From: a phage
Sequence record: PZ445551.1
Length of the DNA: 64,000 nucleotides
Strand: one strand, 5' to 3'
Both the position numbers and the translations under genes were made by a program. Position 1 is the first letter of the stretch, and every line of letters begins with the position of its first letter. Shown here in pieces: positions 54,608-62,128 of the stretch. Below the pieces are notes generated by a model, which made no database searches, was not told where the DNA came from, and saw only the letters and a list, made by a program, of their open reading frames with translations.

Positions 54608-54945
54608 TTCTTTTTGCTCCTTCTTTTAGGCTTCTCGTATAAACCTAACACAGCCGATTCTTTTGCACAAATAGGAACTGACTTCATTCCTCGTTTTTTA
54701 GCTTCTGGTAGATTCAAAACCCACCAGCCAAACCAGTACAATTCATCTTCTGTGAAAGGATCTGCCATAGGATCTGCATCACGTGCTTCAAATTTAGCAA
54801 GAGCTTCTTCTATCTTTTCTATTGGAGTATCAAAGACAAAAGCCTCTGTGTCAAATTTTTGTTTCTTAGGAGCGGCTTTTGCCGCCCCATCTTTAGATGC
54901 GCGCTTTGTTACGGATCGCTTCTTCGGTGTTTTCGCCATCAACAA
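54604..54945 (-). CDS. hypothetical protein with Lys-rich N-terminus (113 aa)
   Basis: track ORF; KKRSVTKRASKDGAAKAAPKKQK tail. Confidence 0.5.
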   Translation of the reverse strand: MLMAKTPKKRSVTKRASKDGAAKAAPKKQKFDTEAFVFDTPIEKIEEALAKFEARDADPMADPFTEDELYWFGWWVLNLPEAKKRGMKSVPICAKESAVLGLYEKPKRRSKKK

Positions 54946-55132
54946 CCTCCATGCGGTGTAAGAAATCTTGCTGGAATCGCCAATACTGTTGACCAGTCCT
55001 TACATCTTCGTAGATCACAACAGGATCAAATACTTTAGATACACCCGCTGGTTTAGGAAAGCCAACTACACGATATAAACCGCCTTTGCTAATACAAGAA
55101 TATGTTACATCAGTTAAAATTTCTTTTTTCAT
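54893..55132 (-). CDS. hypothetical protein (79 aa)
   Basis: track ORF; overlaps downstream gene by about 50 nt. Confidence 0.4.
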   Translation of the reverse strand: MKKEILTDVTYSCISKGGLYRVVGFPKPAGVSKVFDPVVIYEDVRTGQQYWRFQQDFLHRMEVVDGENTEEAIRNKARI

Positions 55133-55326
55133 TTCTTAATAAACTCCAATACAGGTACGTGATCAGCAGTTAAAGTTACACAATTGTAACTCACCTTTTC
55201 AACTTCAGAGAATGCTTCAACCCAAAGCAAGAAATTCTCTTTAGCTTCTTCATAATTCAATGTTGACTTAACAACATGGAACTCACCAAGGATGACTCTA
55301 TAGATTGTTTGCATAGTTTGATTCAT
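55129..55326 (-). CDS. hypothetical protein (65 aa)
   Basis: track ORF. Confidence 0.45.
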   Translation of the reverse strand: MNQTMQTIYRVILGEFHVVKSTLNYEEAKENFLLWVEAFSEVEKVSYNCVTLTADHVPVLEFIKK

Positions 55327-55392
55327 TTATTTTTCCTTTGTTTAAAATGTGTTAAACAATCGCAAATGCTTGTGACGCACTTTGTGATCCCA

Positions 55393-55761
55393 CTAATTAA
55401 TGTCAGCACTATGATTGTTGAGAGTATAGGATACTCCATCGCCCAAGTCAACATGAATCTCAACTCCTAACTGTCTTTCTAATGGTAAACGTTTTGAGAA
55501 TTGATAATTACAAAGTTTACAGTCTAAGTCAAGCAATTCATGTTTGCTTAAACCTAGGATGATAACTTTGCTTCCCACTGTCCACTCAATACCTTCAAAG
55601 TTATCTCTTCTTTTCAAAATGTCAAGTAAGAAGATGATTTGTTGCCATTCCGTAGACAAGTCTTCTTCATAGAACGCAGAACAAAAAGTTTTATCATCGT
55701 AGAAAGCATACATTATGCCTCCATCTATTGTTTCACTTCTAACGTAACGTGTGACCCTCAT
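55393..55761 (-). CDS. hypothetical protein (122 aa), first gene of the minus-strand module
   Basis: track ORF; RBS aggagg upstream. Confidence 0.5.
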   Translation of the reverse strand: MRVTRYVRSETIDGGIMYAFYDDKTFCSAFYEEDLSTEWQQIIFLLDILKRRDNFEGIEWTVGSKVIILGLSKHELLDLDCKLCNYQFSKRLPLERQLGVEIHVDLGDGVSYTLNNHSADIN

Positions 55762-56102
55762 TATTTCCTCCTGTACGGCTCTGTAACGAGCTAATAGCCT
55801 CTAAGATATGCAATCACCTTACCTCACAGTAAAACTCGTTACAATCGTTTTTAGGAGGTTTAGGTTGTACTTAAAAATAATCTAAAAAGGTGTTGACAAA
55901 CGCAAAAAAGTATGCTACCCTAACCCCCGAAAAACGCCGAGCGCAGCGAGGGGGTGTTATCTAATCTTGTGATACATGATCTAACAGACAACTGAGTAGT
56001 CTACATATAGCACTATGTTATGTCTATAATACTAACATACATACTCTATACTAACAATAGATTCTTTATTAATTTTATTATTAATTAAATAATAAATATC
56101 TA

Positions 56103-56131
56103 TTGACTTTAGATCTATCTGTATGTAGAGT
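56103..56131 (+). promoter_or_regulatory. sigma70-like promoter TTGACT-17-TAGAGT
   Basis: read directly upstream of the Prs-like gene. Confidence 0.5.
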
Positions 56132-56170
56132 AGAGAACATAAAGTCCTAACTCAACTAAGGAGATAAACA

Positions 56171-57064
56171 ATGAAAGTTAGTATTCTACATGGTGTTGAC
56201 TGTTATGTTACTGATGTAGACGTTAAAGTCTTTACATTCTCTGGTGGAGAACAACATGTTCAACTAGATACGAATCTATCAGGTTTCAATCATGCTACAG
56301 ACAGAATCTTACTCTCTTTAGAAGTAAGATCTGCTAAAGACTTGATGACTTTGGTTATGACTAAGAATGCATTGGACAATATGCTATATCATAAACCATA
56401 TTGTGTTGATTTACTCATGCTGTATGTGCCATATGCACGACAAGACAGAGTGTGTGAACCTGGGGAAGCATTCGGAGTTAAAGCATTTGCTTCTATAATT
56501 AATTCATTAAATTTCTCACGTGTTATCGTTGCTGATCCACATAGTGATGTTACTCCAGCAGTGTTTGACAGACTCTGTGTAATACCTCAAGAAGAGATTG
56601 CTTACGAAACTTTAAAATGGAAGTTACGTATGGAGAATTTTGCTCTTGTTAGCCCTGATGGTGGTGCTCTTAAGAAAATATTTAAATTATCTAAGAAAAT
56701 GTCTTTAGATGTGTTCTGTGCAGAGAAGGTTAGAGATACCGCAACAGGTGCTATTGTTCGTACAGACATTTCTGTACAGGATTTCAATAAGCGTAACCTG
56801 ATGATCGTAGATGATATCTGTGATGGTGGTAGAACTTTTATCGAATTGGCTAAAGTGCTACGTGCTCGTAACGCAGGTAAGATTGAGTTATATGTTACAC
56901 ACGGTATCTTTTCTAAAGGTCTTAAAGAGTTAAGTGAGCACTTTGACTGCATTCATTCTCTTAATGTGTGGGAAGATAACATCCAAGAAGATTCCGGTGT
57001 TCTTGTTAAGAATCAGTCAGATTTGCAACAACAAATTGTATCTCCATACGTGTGGAATTTTTAA
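56171..57064 (+). CDS. ribose-phosphate pyrophosphokinase (Prs) family protein; candidate ADP-ribose pyrophosphate synthetase (Adps-like)
   Basis: VPYARQDR, VSPDGGA, MIVDDICDGGRT, VTHGIFS motifs of the PRPP synthetase fold. Confidence 0.75.
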   Translation: MKVSILHGVDCYVTDVDVKVFTFSGGEQHVQLDTNLSGFNHATDRILLSLEVRSAKDLMTLVMTKNALDNMLYHKPYCVDLLMLYVPYARQDRVCEPGEAFGVKAFASIINSLNFSRVIVADPHSDVTPAVFDRLCVIPQEEIAYETLKWKLRMENFALVSPDGGALKKIFKLSKKMSLDVFCAEKVRDTATGAIVRTDISVQDFNKRNLMIVDDICDGGRTFIELAKVLRARNAGKIELYVTHGIFSKGLKELSEHFDCIHSLNVWEDNIQEDSGVLVKNQSDLQQQIVSPYVWNF

Positions 57065-57074
57065 ATAATAAGTG

Positions 57075-57103
57075 TTGACAACAGGGAGTATGCTTAGTAA
57101 GAT
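57075..57103 (+). promoter_or_regulatory. sigma70-like promoter TTGACA-17-TAAGAT overlapped by 7-bp inverted repeat GGGAGTA/TACTCCC
   Basis: read directly upstream of the NAMPT-like gene. Confidence 0.5.
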
Positions 57104-57135
57104 ACTCCCACACTAACAAACAAGGAGACATAACT

Positions 57136-58884
57136 ATGAATATTTTTGCACCTTTTGCTACTGATTGGTATAAACCTGGTCACAAGCAGATGTACAACCA
57201 AAATACAAAACTCATTTTCTCTAATTTAACTCCTCGTAATGATAAAAACTTTGCACACTATGCAGATCGTGAAGCACGTGGTGTGATTGTTTTAGGTATT
57301 CGTCGAGCAGTCACCGATGCCCTTGTAACTATGTGGGACAGCTTCTTTAAAATGTCTCGTAGTGCAGCAGTAAATAAATTTTATCGTATGTCTAAAAATG
57401 CATTAGGTGCTTCTGCTCCTTCTGCTGAATGTTGGGGAGAATTGCACGATTTAGGTTATCTTCCGCTAGAAGTTCGATCTCTGCCAGAAGGTGTTTTGTG
57501 TCCTATTGGTGTTCCTGTGTTTACTGTGCATAACACTTTAGAAAAATTCTTTTGGTTAACTAACTATGTGGAAACACTATTGTCAGATGAAACTTGGAAG
57601 ACAATGACTAACGCCACAGCAGCTTTTCAGTATAAGCGTATCGCTATGGCGTATGCGATGGCAACGTGTGATAACATTGATCACGTTAATTTCCAGTGTC
57701 ATGACTTTAGTCTACGTGGCTTAAGCAATATCGAAGATGGTTATAAGAGTGGTATCGCTCATTTGGCATCTTTCACAGGAACAGATAATATTCTGGCTAT
57801 TGAAACTGTGCATGATTACTATGGTATTGATTATGATCAATTTGTTGCAGGTTCTATTCCGGCAACAGAACATTCAGTAGCAACGACTAACATTGGAGCT
57901 ATTGTTGAAGATCTGAAGAAACATTTCCCACATCTTAAAGATGATGTTGATGGGCTTCGTTATGTAGCAGAGAAAGAGTTTCTTCGCCGCTATATTGAAG
58001 AAATTGTCCCAGAAGGTTTTTGTTCATATGTAGCAGATTCTTATGATTACTGGGCTGTCTTGACTCGCATTCTGGTAGAATTGAAAGAGTCCATTATGTC
58101 ACGAAATGGTCGTCTTGTTATTCGTCCAGATTCAGGAGATCCGGTTAAAGTTGTTGCAGGATACAATGTTGAATCTTTTGATAACTATGAAGACCTTTTA
58201 AATAATGGTATTGCTACAGCCACTGAAGTAGTACATTTGGCTGATGTTAATAAGTATTACAATGTTCTTCAGGATTGCAGTGTTGCTGATTGTATCGATG
58301 AAACTTATGAGATTCCTTATTGTGAAGCAGTAGGTTCTATTCAAATCCTTTGGGAAGTGTTTGGCGGTACTATCAACCGAAAAGGCTACAAGGTTCTTGA
58401 TCAGCACATCGGTATGATTTATGGTGATTCTATTACTGTTGAACGAGAACACGAAATCTTACGCCGACTGAAGAAGAAAGGCTTTGCTGCTTCCAATATT
58501 GTATTTGGTGTTGGTAGTTATACTTATCAGTTCAATACACGAGATACTTTTGGTTTTGCTGTTAAAGCAACAGGTAGTATCATCGGTGAACACGAAATTT
58601 TGGTAAGTAAGGAGCCTAAAACTGATCCTGGTAAACGCTCTGCAAAAGGTTTTATTAAGGTTGTTAAGGATACAAATGGTAAACTTTCTCTTGTGGATAA
58701 TCTTTCTTTTAAAGATATCCAAGATGAAGACAATGAGTTAAAAGTTATCTTCAGGGATGGTACGGTTATTACACCACAAGTAGAAGGACGTGATGAAACA
58801 TTTACTGATATCCGTAACCGTGTTGATGTAGAGGTTCTTCGTACTATGGGAACCATCCAGGTTGACTACATAAAAACTTCGTGA
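57136..58884 (+). CDS. nicotinamide phosphoribosyltransferase (NAMPT/NadV) family protein; candidate nicotinamide ADPR transferase (Namat-like)
   Basis: N-terminal TDWYKPGHKQMY matches the NAMPT TDSYK.TH motif; 582 aa. Confidence 0.75.
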   Translation: MNIFAPFATDWYKPGHKQMYNQNTKLIFSNLTPRNDKNFAHYADREARGVIVLGIRRAVTDALVTMWDSFFKMSRSAAVNKFYRMSKNALGASAPSAECWGELHDLGYLPLEVRSLPEGVLCPIGVPVFTVHNTLEKFFWLTNYVETLLSDETWKTMTNATAAFQYKRIAMAYAMATCDNIDHVNFQCHDFSLRGLSNIEDGYKSGIAHLASFTGTDNILAIETVHDYYGIDYDQFVAGSIPATEHSVATTNIGAIVEDLKKHFPHLKDDVDGLRYVAEKEFLRRYIEEIVPEGFCSYVADSYDYWAVLTRILVELKESIMSRNGRLVIRPDSGDPVKVVAGYNVESFDNYEDLLNNGIATATEVVHLADVNKYYNVLQDCSVADCIDETYEIPYCEAVGSIQILWEVFGGTINRKGYKVLDQHIGMIYGDSITVEREHEILRRLKKKGFAASNIVFGVGSYTYQFNTRDTFGFAVKATGSIIGEHEILVSKEPKTDPGKRSAKGFIKVVKDTNGKLSLVDNLSFKDIQDEDNELKVIFRDGTVITPQVEGRDETFTDIRNRVDVEVLRTMGTIQVDYIKTS

Positions 58885-58940
58885 TAAGATTAAGGTAAGG
58901 AGAGCCTGCAACTGCCCTGGATGGGCTTCACGAAGGATTT

Positions 58941-59162
58941 ATGAAACAACATAATTTTTATTTTCGTTGCCGAGCCTGTAACAGACACTTGACTAATCAC
59001 TCCCGTAGAGACAGGAATGGTAATATTCAAGAGTCGGATCTATGCTCGATTTGTACAAGTTTGGCATTCGACGACAGTCCCGAAAGGGTTTATCAACATC
59101 AAAGTGTAACTGATCTTCTTCTAAATTACACAGCACCAGAGGAGGAATTAGATTTCACATAA
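58941..59162 (+). CDS. small zinc-ribbon protein (73 aa)
   Basis: track ORF; CRACN ... CSIC. Confidence 0.5.
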   Translation: MKQHNFYFRCRACNRHLTNHSRRDRNGNIQESDLCSICTSLAFDDSPERVYQHQSVTDLLLNYTAPEEELDFT

Positions 59163-59175
59163 TTAAGGAAACAGT

Positions 59176-59286
59176 ATGTCTACAGAAATTATTTTTGGCT
59201 TATCTGTTTTTATTGCTCTTGTATCTTTTGTATGCGGTTATACACTAGGTTACAGATCAAGAAAAAATATTGTAAAAACTAGTTGA
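59176..59286 (+). CDS. small membrane peptide (36 aa), not in track
   Basis: ATG 59176 after RBS aaggaaacag; one TM segment. Confidence 0.35.
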   Translation: MSTEIIFGLSVFIALVSFVCGYTLGYRSRKNIVKTS

Positions 59287-59342
59287 CAACATAGCTAGTT
59301 ATTTGCTAAGATAAGCCCAAGTTAAACAAAAAGGAGAAAACT

Positions 59343-59609
59343 ATGACAGAACGTACTTATGGTAAAGAATTGATTGAGAAGCACGTATTGATTGATAATA
59401 AAGGTGGAGCAATCTTTATTTTTGAACCTGAATCAGTTCTTACTGAAAACGAAAATGGTAGCGTTAGCCTTAAAACAGAAAGTTTGGTAATTGACTTCCT
59501 TGCTCTTCTGGATGAAATGGGGCTTCCTCACGAAGAAGAAGCAGCTATTGCTTTGATTGCAGTTCTTCTGGAGAAACGCGAAGCTGGTGAAATGACCCAG
59601 TATGCTTAA
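59343..59609 (+). CDS. hypothetical protein (88 aa)
   Basis: track ORF; RBS aaggagaaa. Confidence 0.55.
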   Translation: MTERTYGKELIEKHVLIDNKGGAIFIFEPESVLTENENGSVSLKTESLVIDFLALLDEMGLPHEEEAAIALIAVLLEKREAGEMTQYA

Positions 59610-59616
59610 TATTCAA

Positions 59617-59692
59617 GGTTCCATAGCTCACTGACGAGAGCGCACACCTCATAAGTGTCGAGGGCAGGGATTGTAACCCTGGGGAACCTCCA
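59617..59692 (+). tRNA. tRNA-Met(CAT) (or Ile2), atypical T-loop ATTGTAA
   Basis: manual cloverleaf: acceptor GGTTCCA/GGGAACC, D-arm GCTC..GAGC, anticodon loop CTCATAA, CCA encoded. Confidence 0.6.
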
Positions 59693-59723
59693 TTTAAAAG
59701 GAGGTGCTATGCATCTCCTATAT

Positions 59724-59809
59724 GCAAGTGTGGTGGAATTGGTGATACACATTGTGCTTAAAACGCAACGCTTAAATGCTTGAGGGTTCGAATCCCTCCA
59801 CTTGCACCA
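59724..59809 (+). tRNA. tRNA-Leu(TAA), type II
   Basis: acceptor GCAAGTG/CACTTGC, anticodon loop CTTAAAA, long variable arm, T-arm GAGGG-TTCGAAT-CCCTC. Confidence 0.75.
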
Positions 59810-59824
59810 ACACCTAAAAATATC

Positions 59825-59853
59825 TTGACATTTACTTAGTTTTTTGTTATAGT
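59825..59853 (+). promoter_or_regulatory. sigma70-like promoter TTGACA-17-TATAGT
   Basis: read directly; 11 nt upstream of the tRNA-like element. Confidence 0.5.
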
Positions 59854-59864
59854 TACTATGAAAA

Positions 59865-59946
59865 CGGGGTGTATCTCACCTGACTTCTAATCAGGCGTTA
59901 ACCGAGTAATTGGAGTATGCAGGTTCGAATCCTGTCACCCCGGCCA
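59865..59946 (+). tRNA. atypical tRNA-Arg(TCT)-like element lacking a D-arm
   Basis: perfect acceptor CGGGGTG/CACCCCG, T-arm GCAGG-TTCGAAT-CCTGT, anticodon hairpin CCTGA-CTTCTAA-TCAGG, but only 7 nt between acceptor and anticodon stem and a 23-nt insert before the T-arm. Confidence 0.4.
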
Positions 59947-60009
59947 AAAAGTTTTAAAAACTACTTGACAAGCAAGATAGTTTTATGTTAGATTTAAAGT
60001 ATAATAACT

Positions 60010-60099
60010 GGAAGGTAGGGCGCAGCGGTGCGCAACCAGGTTTGAACCCTGGCCCATTGTAGCGATACGGTGATGGTTCGACTCCATTATCTTCCTCCA
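60010..60099 (+). tRNA. tRNA-Ser(TGA), type II
   Basis: acceptor GGAAGGT/ATCTTCC, anticodon loop TTTGAAC, long variable arm, CCA encoded. Confidence 0.75.
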
Positions 60100-60117
60100 A
60101 ATTCTCTTAGGAGCTTT

Positions 60118-60270
60118 ATGAATTATAAAACTATTGGACAGGTTGTTACCGGAGTTAAGATTGTAAATAATAAAGTTGTTTATGAGTATTCTAATCTTCA
60201 ACAATCTGAAGATGGTAAGAATATTCGTATGGTAAAAACAGAACAAAAAGATTCCGGTTGTTTTGAATAA
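60118..60270 (+). CDS. small hypothetical protein (50 aa) embedded in tRNA array
   Basis: track ORF 60070..60270 trimmed to ATG 60118 after RBS aggag so it no longer overlaps tRNA-Ser. Confidence 0.45.
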   Translation: MNYKTIGQVVTGVKIVNNKVVYEYSNLQQSEDGKNIRMVKTEQKDSGCFE

Positions 60271-60278
60271 TTAAAAAC

Positions 60279-60364
60279 GGTAGATTGGTGAAATGGTAGC
60301 CACAACAGTTTGCTAAACTGTCGTCGGAAACGGCGTGTAGGTTCAAGTCCTACATCTACCGCCA
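60279..60364 (+). tRNA. tRNA-Ser(GCT), type II
   Basis: acceptor GGTAGAT/ATCTACC, anticodon loop TTGCTAA, long variable arm, T-arm GTAGG-TTCAAGT-CCTAC. Confidence 0.8.
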
Positions 60365-60498
60365 AGTTATCTTTAATGTAGCTTGTAATCTTACTTTAGC
60401 AGAGTAAATCTTCGGCAAGTGGCGGTAACCACTTTACCGATACCCCAATACTTCATAGCTAAGTGCCGCAAACACTGGCTATTTTAAAGATAATTTAT

Positions 60499-60574
60499 AC
60501 ATCGTTAGCTTAGTTGGTAGAGCAAGGGGCTTTTAACTCCAAGGTCGAAGGTTCGAATCCTTCACGATGTACCA
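60499..60574 (+). tRNA. tRNA-Lys(TTT)
   Basis: acceptor ACATCGT/ACGATGT, D-arm GCTT..GAGC, anticodon loop CTTTTAA, T-arm GAAGG-TTCGAAT-CCTTC. Confidence 0.85.
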
Positions 60575-60579
60575 AACAC

Positions 60580-60666
60580 GTAGGTATCGCATAGCGGCAA
60601 TTGCTGGAGACTGTAAATCTCCTGCCCTTCGGGGCTTCGTTGGTTCGAGTCCAACTACCTGCACCA
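60580..60666 (+). tRNA. tRNA-Tyr(GTA), type II
   Basis: anticodon arm GGAGA-CTGTAAA-TCTCC, variable-arm hairpin GCCCC-TTCG-GGGC, T-arm GTTGG-TTCGAGT-CCAAC. Confidence 0.8.
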
Positions 60667-60673
60667 AATTAAA

Positions 60674-60758
60674 GATGGATTGGCCTAGTGGTTGGGCGAC
60701 GGACTGTTAATCCGTGAACGAAAGTTCTAGCAAGGTTCAAATCCTTGATCCATCGCCA
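60674..60758 (+). tRNA. tRNA-Asn(GTT) with unusually long (15-nt) variable arm
   Basis: acceptor GATGGAT/ATCCATC, anticodon arm ACGGA-CTGTTAA-TCCGT, variable hairpin GAAC-GAAA-GTTC, T-arm CAAGG-TTCAAAT-CCTTG. Confidence 0.7.
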
Positions 60759-60837
60759 AATAGTGCTTGTAGAGTTAATAGAAACCTCTAGAATTTTCTA
60801 GAATTGTAGGTATCAAATCCTACCAAGCAAATATTTT

Positions 60838-60912
60838 GCTCCTATCGTATAACGGCTATTACGGTTGCCTTGTAAGCAACTTATCAGGGTTCGAGTCCTT
60901 GTGGGAGCACCA
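60838..60912 (+). tRNA. tRNA-Thr(TGT)
   Basis: acceptor GCTCCTA/TGGGAGC, anticodon arm GTTGC-CTTGTAA-GCAAC, T-arm CAGGG-TTCGAGT-CCTTG. Confidence 0.8.
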
Positions 60913-60935
60913 ATTTTAACTCTAAAGGAGTGTAT

Positions 60936-61259
60936 GTGACAGAAAAAGAGTTAGAGAAATATTTTAATATCAATGTTTTCGATGGTTTTGATGATATTGA
61001 AGATGTTGAAAGATATTATGAAGTAGAGTTAGATAAGGATAACATTGTAATTCTTTCTGCCACTTATGATTGTGCATATTATGAAGGCGAATCTCACGTT
61101 TATTTTTATGATATGAAAACATCTTTGTTTTATGAAGTACACGCATATCATTGTTCTTGTTATGGCTTAGAAGGTCAGTGGGAACCTGAAGAAATAGGTG
61201 ATTTGGACTTTACTATTGCATATCTAAACAGACGTGGTTCATCTACTATTTTAAAATAA
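60936..61259 (+). CDS. hypothetical acidic protein (about 107 aa) embedded in tRNA array
   Basis: track ORF 60930..61259; likely GTG start at 60936, 5 nt after RBS aaggag. Confidence 0.5.
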   Translation: MTEKELEKYFNINVFDGFDDIEDVERYYEVELDKDNIVILSATYDCAYYEGESHVYFYDMKTSLFYEVHAYHCSCYGLEGQWEPEEIGDLDFTIAYLNRRGSSTILK

Positions 61260-61273
61260 ATATCAAAAGCCTC

Positions 61274-61303
61274 TTGACAAAGGGGCTAATAATATGTTAG
61301 AGT
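61274..61303 (+). promoter_or_regulatory. sigma70-like promoter TTGACA-18-TAGAGT
   Basis: read directly; about 12 nt upstream of tRNA-Gly. Confidence 0.5.
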
Positions 61304-61314
61304 AATATTATTAA

Positions 61315-61389
61315 GCGGGTATAGTGTTAATGGTAGCATATGAGGTTTCCACCCTCCAGGTGCAGGTTCAAGTCCTGTTACTCGCTCCA
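61315..61389 (+). tRNA. tRNA-Gly(TCC)
   Basis: acceptor GCGGGTA/TACTCGC, anticodon loop TTTCCAC, T-arm GCAGG-TTCAAGT-CCTGT. Confidence 0.8.
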
Positions 61390-61488
61390 AGATTATTTAA
61401 ATGGAATCGTTAGAGAAAATTTCTCTTTTCGCTCATGGTTTTCTCCTTCAAACTCTAGCGGTTCTTTTTAAGTGATTTTTTAGTTTAT

Positions 61489-61563
61489 TGGAGATTAGCC
61501 TAGTGGGAAGGCAACGGCCTTTGAAGTCGTGATGACTAGGTTCGATTCCTAGATCTCCAGCCA
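61489..61563 (+). tRNA. tRNA-Gln(TTG)
   Basis: acceptor TGGAGAT/ATCTCCA, anticodon arm ACGGC-CTTTGAA-GTCGT, T-arm CTAGG-TTCGATT-CCTAG. Confidence 0.8.
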
Positions 61564-61570
61564 ATATTTA

Positions 61571-61646
61571 CAGTGCGTAGCGCAGTTGGTAGCGTGGGAG
61601 CCTTGGACGCTTCAGGTCGCAGGTTCGAGTCCTGCCGCACTGACCA
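61571..61646 (+). tRNA. tRNA-Pro(TGG)
   Basis: acceptor CAGTGCG/CGCACTG, D-arm GCGC-AGTTGGTA-GCGT, anticodon loop CTTGGAC, T-arm GCAGG-TTCGAGT-CCTGC. Confidence 0.85.
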
Positions 61647-61651
61647 AATTT

Positions 61652-61726
61652 GCAGAGATAGCTGAGACGGATTAGTGCTACCCTGAAAAGGTAGAAAGGA
61701 TGGATCGTTACCATCTCTCTGCACCA
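61652..61726 (+). tRNA. tRNA-Phe(GAA), atypical T-loop ATCGTTA
   Basis: acceptor GCAGAGA/TCTCTGC, anticodon arm CTACC-CTGAAAA-GGTAG, T-stem GATGG/CCATC. Confidence 0.75.
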
Positions 61727-61803
61727 AATAACACCATCCAAGGAGTAGACTTGGTTAACTGTCAATAGCACATTGAGGCTTCTTACAGTGGTGTACTTAT
61801 TAT

Positions 61804-61888
61804 GGCTAAGTGGTGGAATGGTATACACGATACGCTTAGAACGTATTGCCCCAAGGGATTGTGAGTTCGAGTCTCACCTTAGCTACCA
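61804..61888 (+). tRNA. tRNA-Leu(TAG), type II
   Basis: acceptor GGCTAAG/CTTAGCT, anticodon arm ATACG-CTTAGAA-CGTAT, long variable arm, T-arm GTGAG-TTCGAGT-CTCAC. Confidence 0.8.
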
Positions 61889-61903
61889 AATTATTACAGA
61901 TTG

Positions 61904-61982
61904 TGCGGGATAGAGGAGTCTGGTCGTCCTCGCCAGTTTCATATGCTGGAGATCATCGGTTCGAATCCGATTCCCGCCTCCA
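61904..61982 (+). tRNA. tRNA-Met(CAT) (second CAT tRNA; elongator Met, initiator or Ile2)
   Basis: anticodon arm CCAGT-TTCATAT-GCTGG, T-arm ATCGG-TTCGAAT-CCGAT, acceptor with mismatched 1-72 pair. Confidence 0.7.
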
Positions 61983-62040
61983 ATAAATACCTCCCTTCTG
62001 GTGTAATGATTAAGTTACATTGACACTTCAAGGAACTCAT

Positions 62041-62123
62041 AGCCGGGTAGATTTAAAAGAGTATGGTACTCAATATGGCTCCAAACCATAGATCAAGGGG
62101 TTCGATTCCTCACCTTGCTGCCA
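62041..62123 (+). tRNA. atypical tRNA-Trp(CCA)-like element (possible pseudo-tRNA)
   Basis: anticodon arm TATGG-CTCCAAA-CCATA and T-loop TTCGATT present, but 11-nt insert between acceptor 5' strand and D-arm and imperfect acceptor/T stems. Confidence 0.3.
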
Positions 62124-62128
62124 ATTAT

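Noticed and set aside
20305-55500. Plus-strand track ORFs within the minus-strand block (e.g. 20305..20487, 20542..21107, 22133..22989, 27475..28008, 39341..39850, 45118..45478, 47428..48472, 48695..49592, 52310..52870, 54569..54961)
   Set aside because: Antisense to recognisable enzymes (Sir2-like, methyltransferase, recombinase, nrdA, exonuclease, RNA ligase and others); translations are low-complexity.
60763-60830. Possible tRNA between tRNA-Asn and tRNA-Thr
   Set aside because: Acceptor-like and T-arm-like pairings exist (GTGCTTG ... GTAGG-TATCAAAT-CCTAC ... CAAGCAA) but the middle is two overlapping TCTAGA palindromes with no 7-nt anticodon loop; treated as a degenerate remnant or palindromic site.
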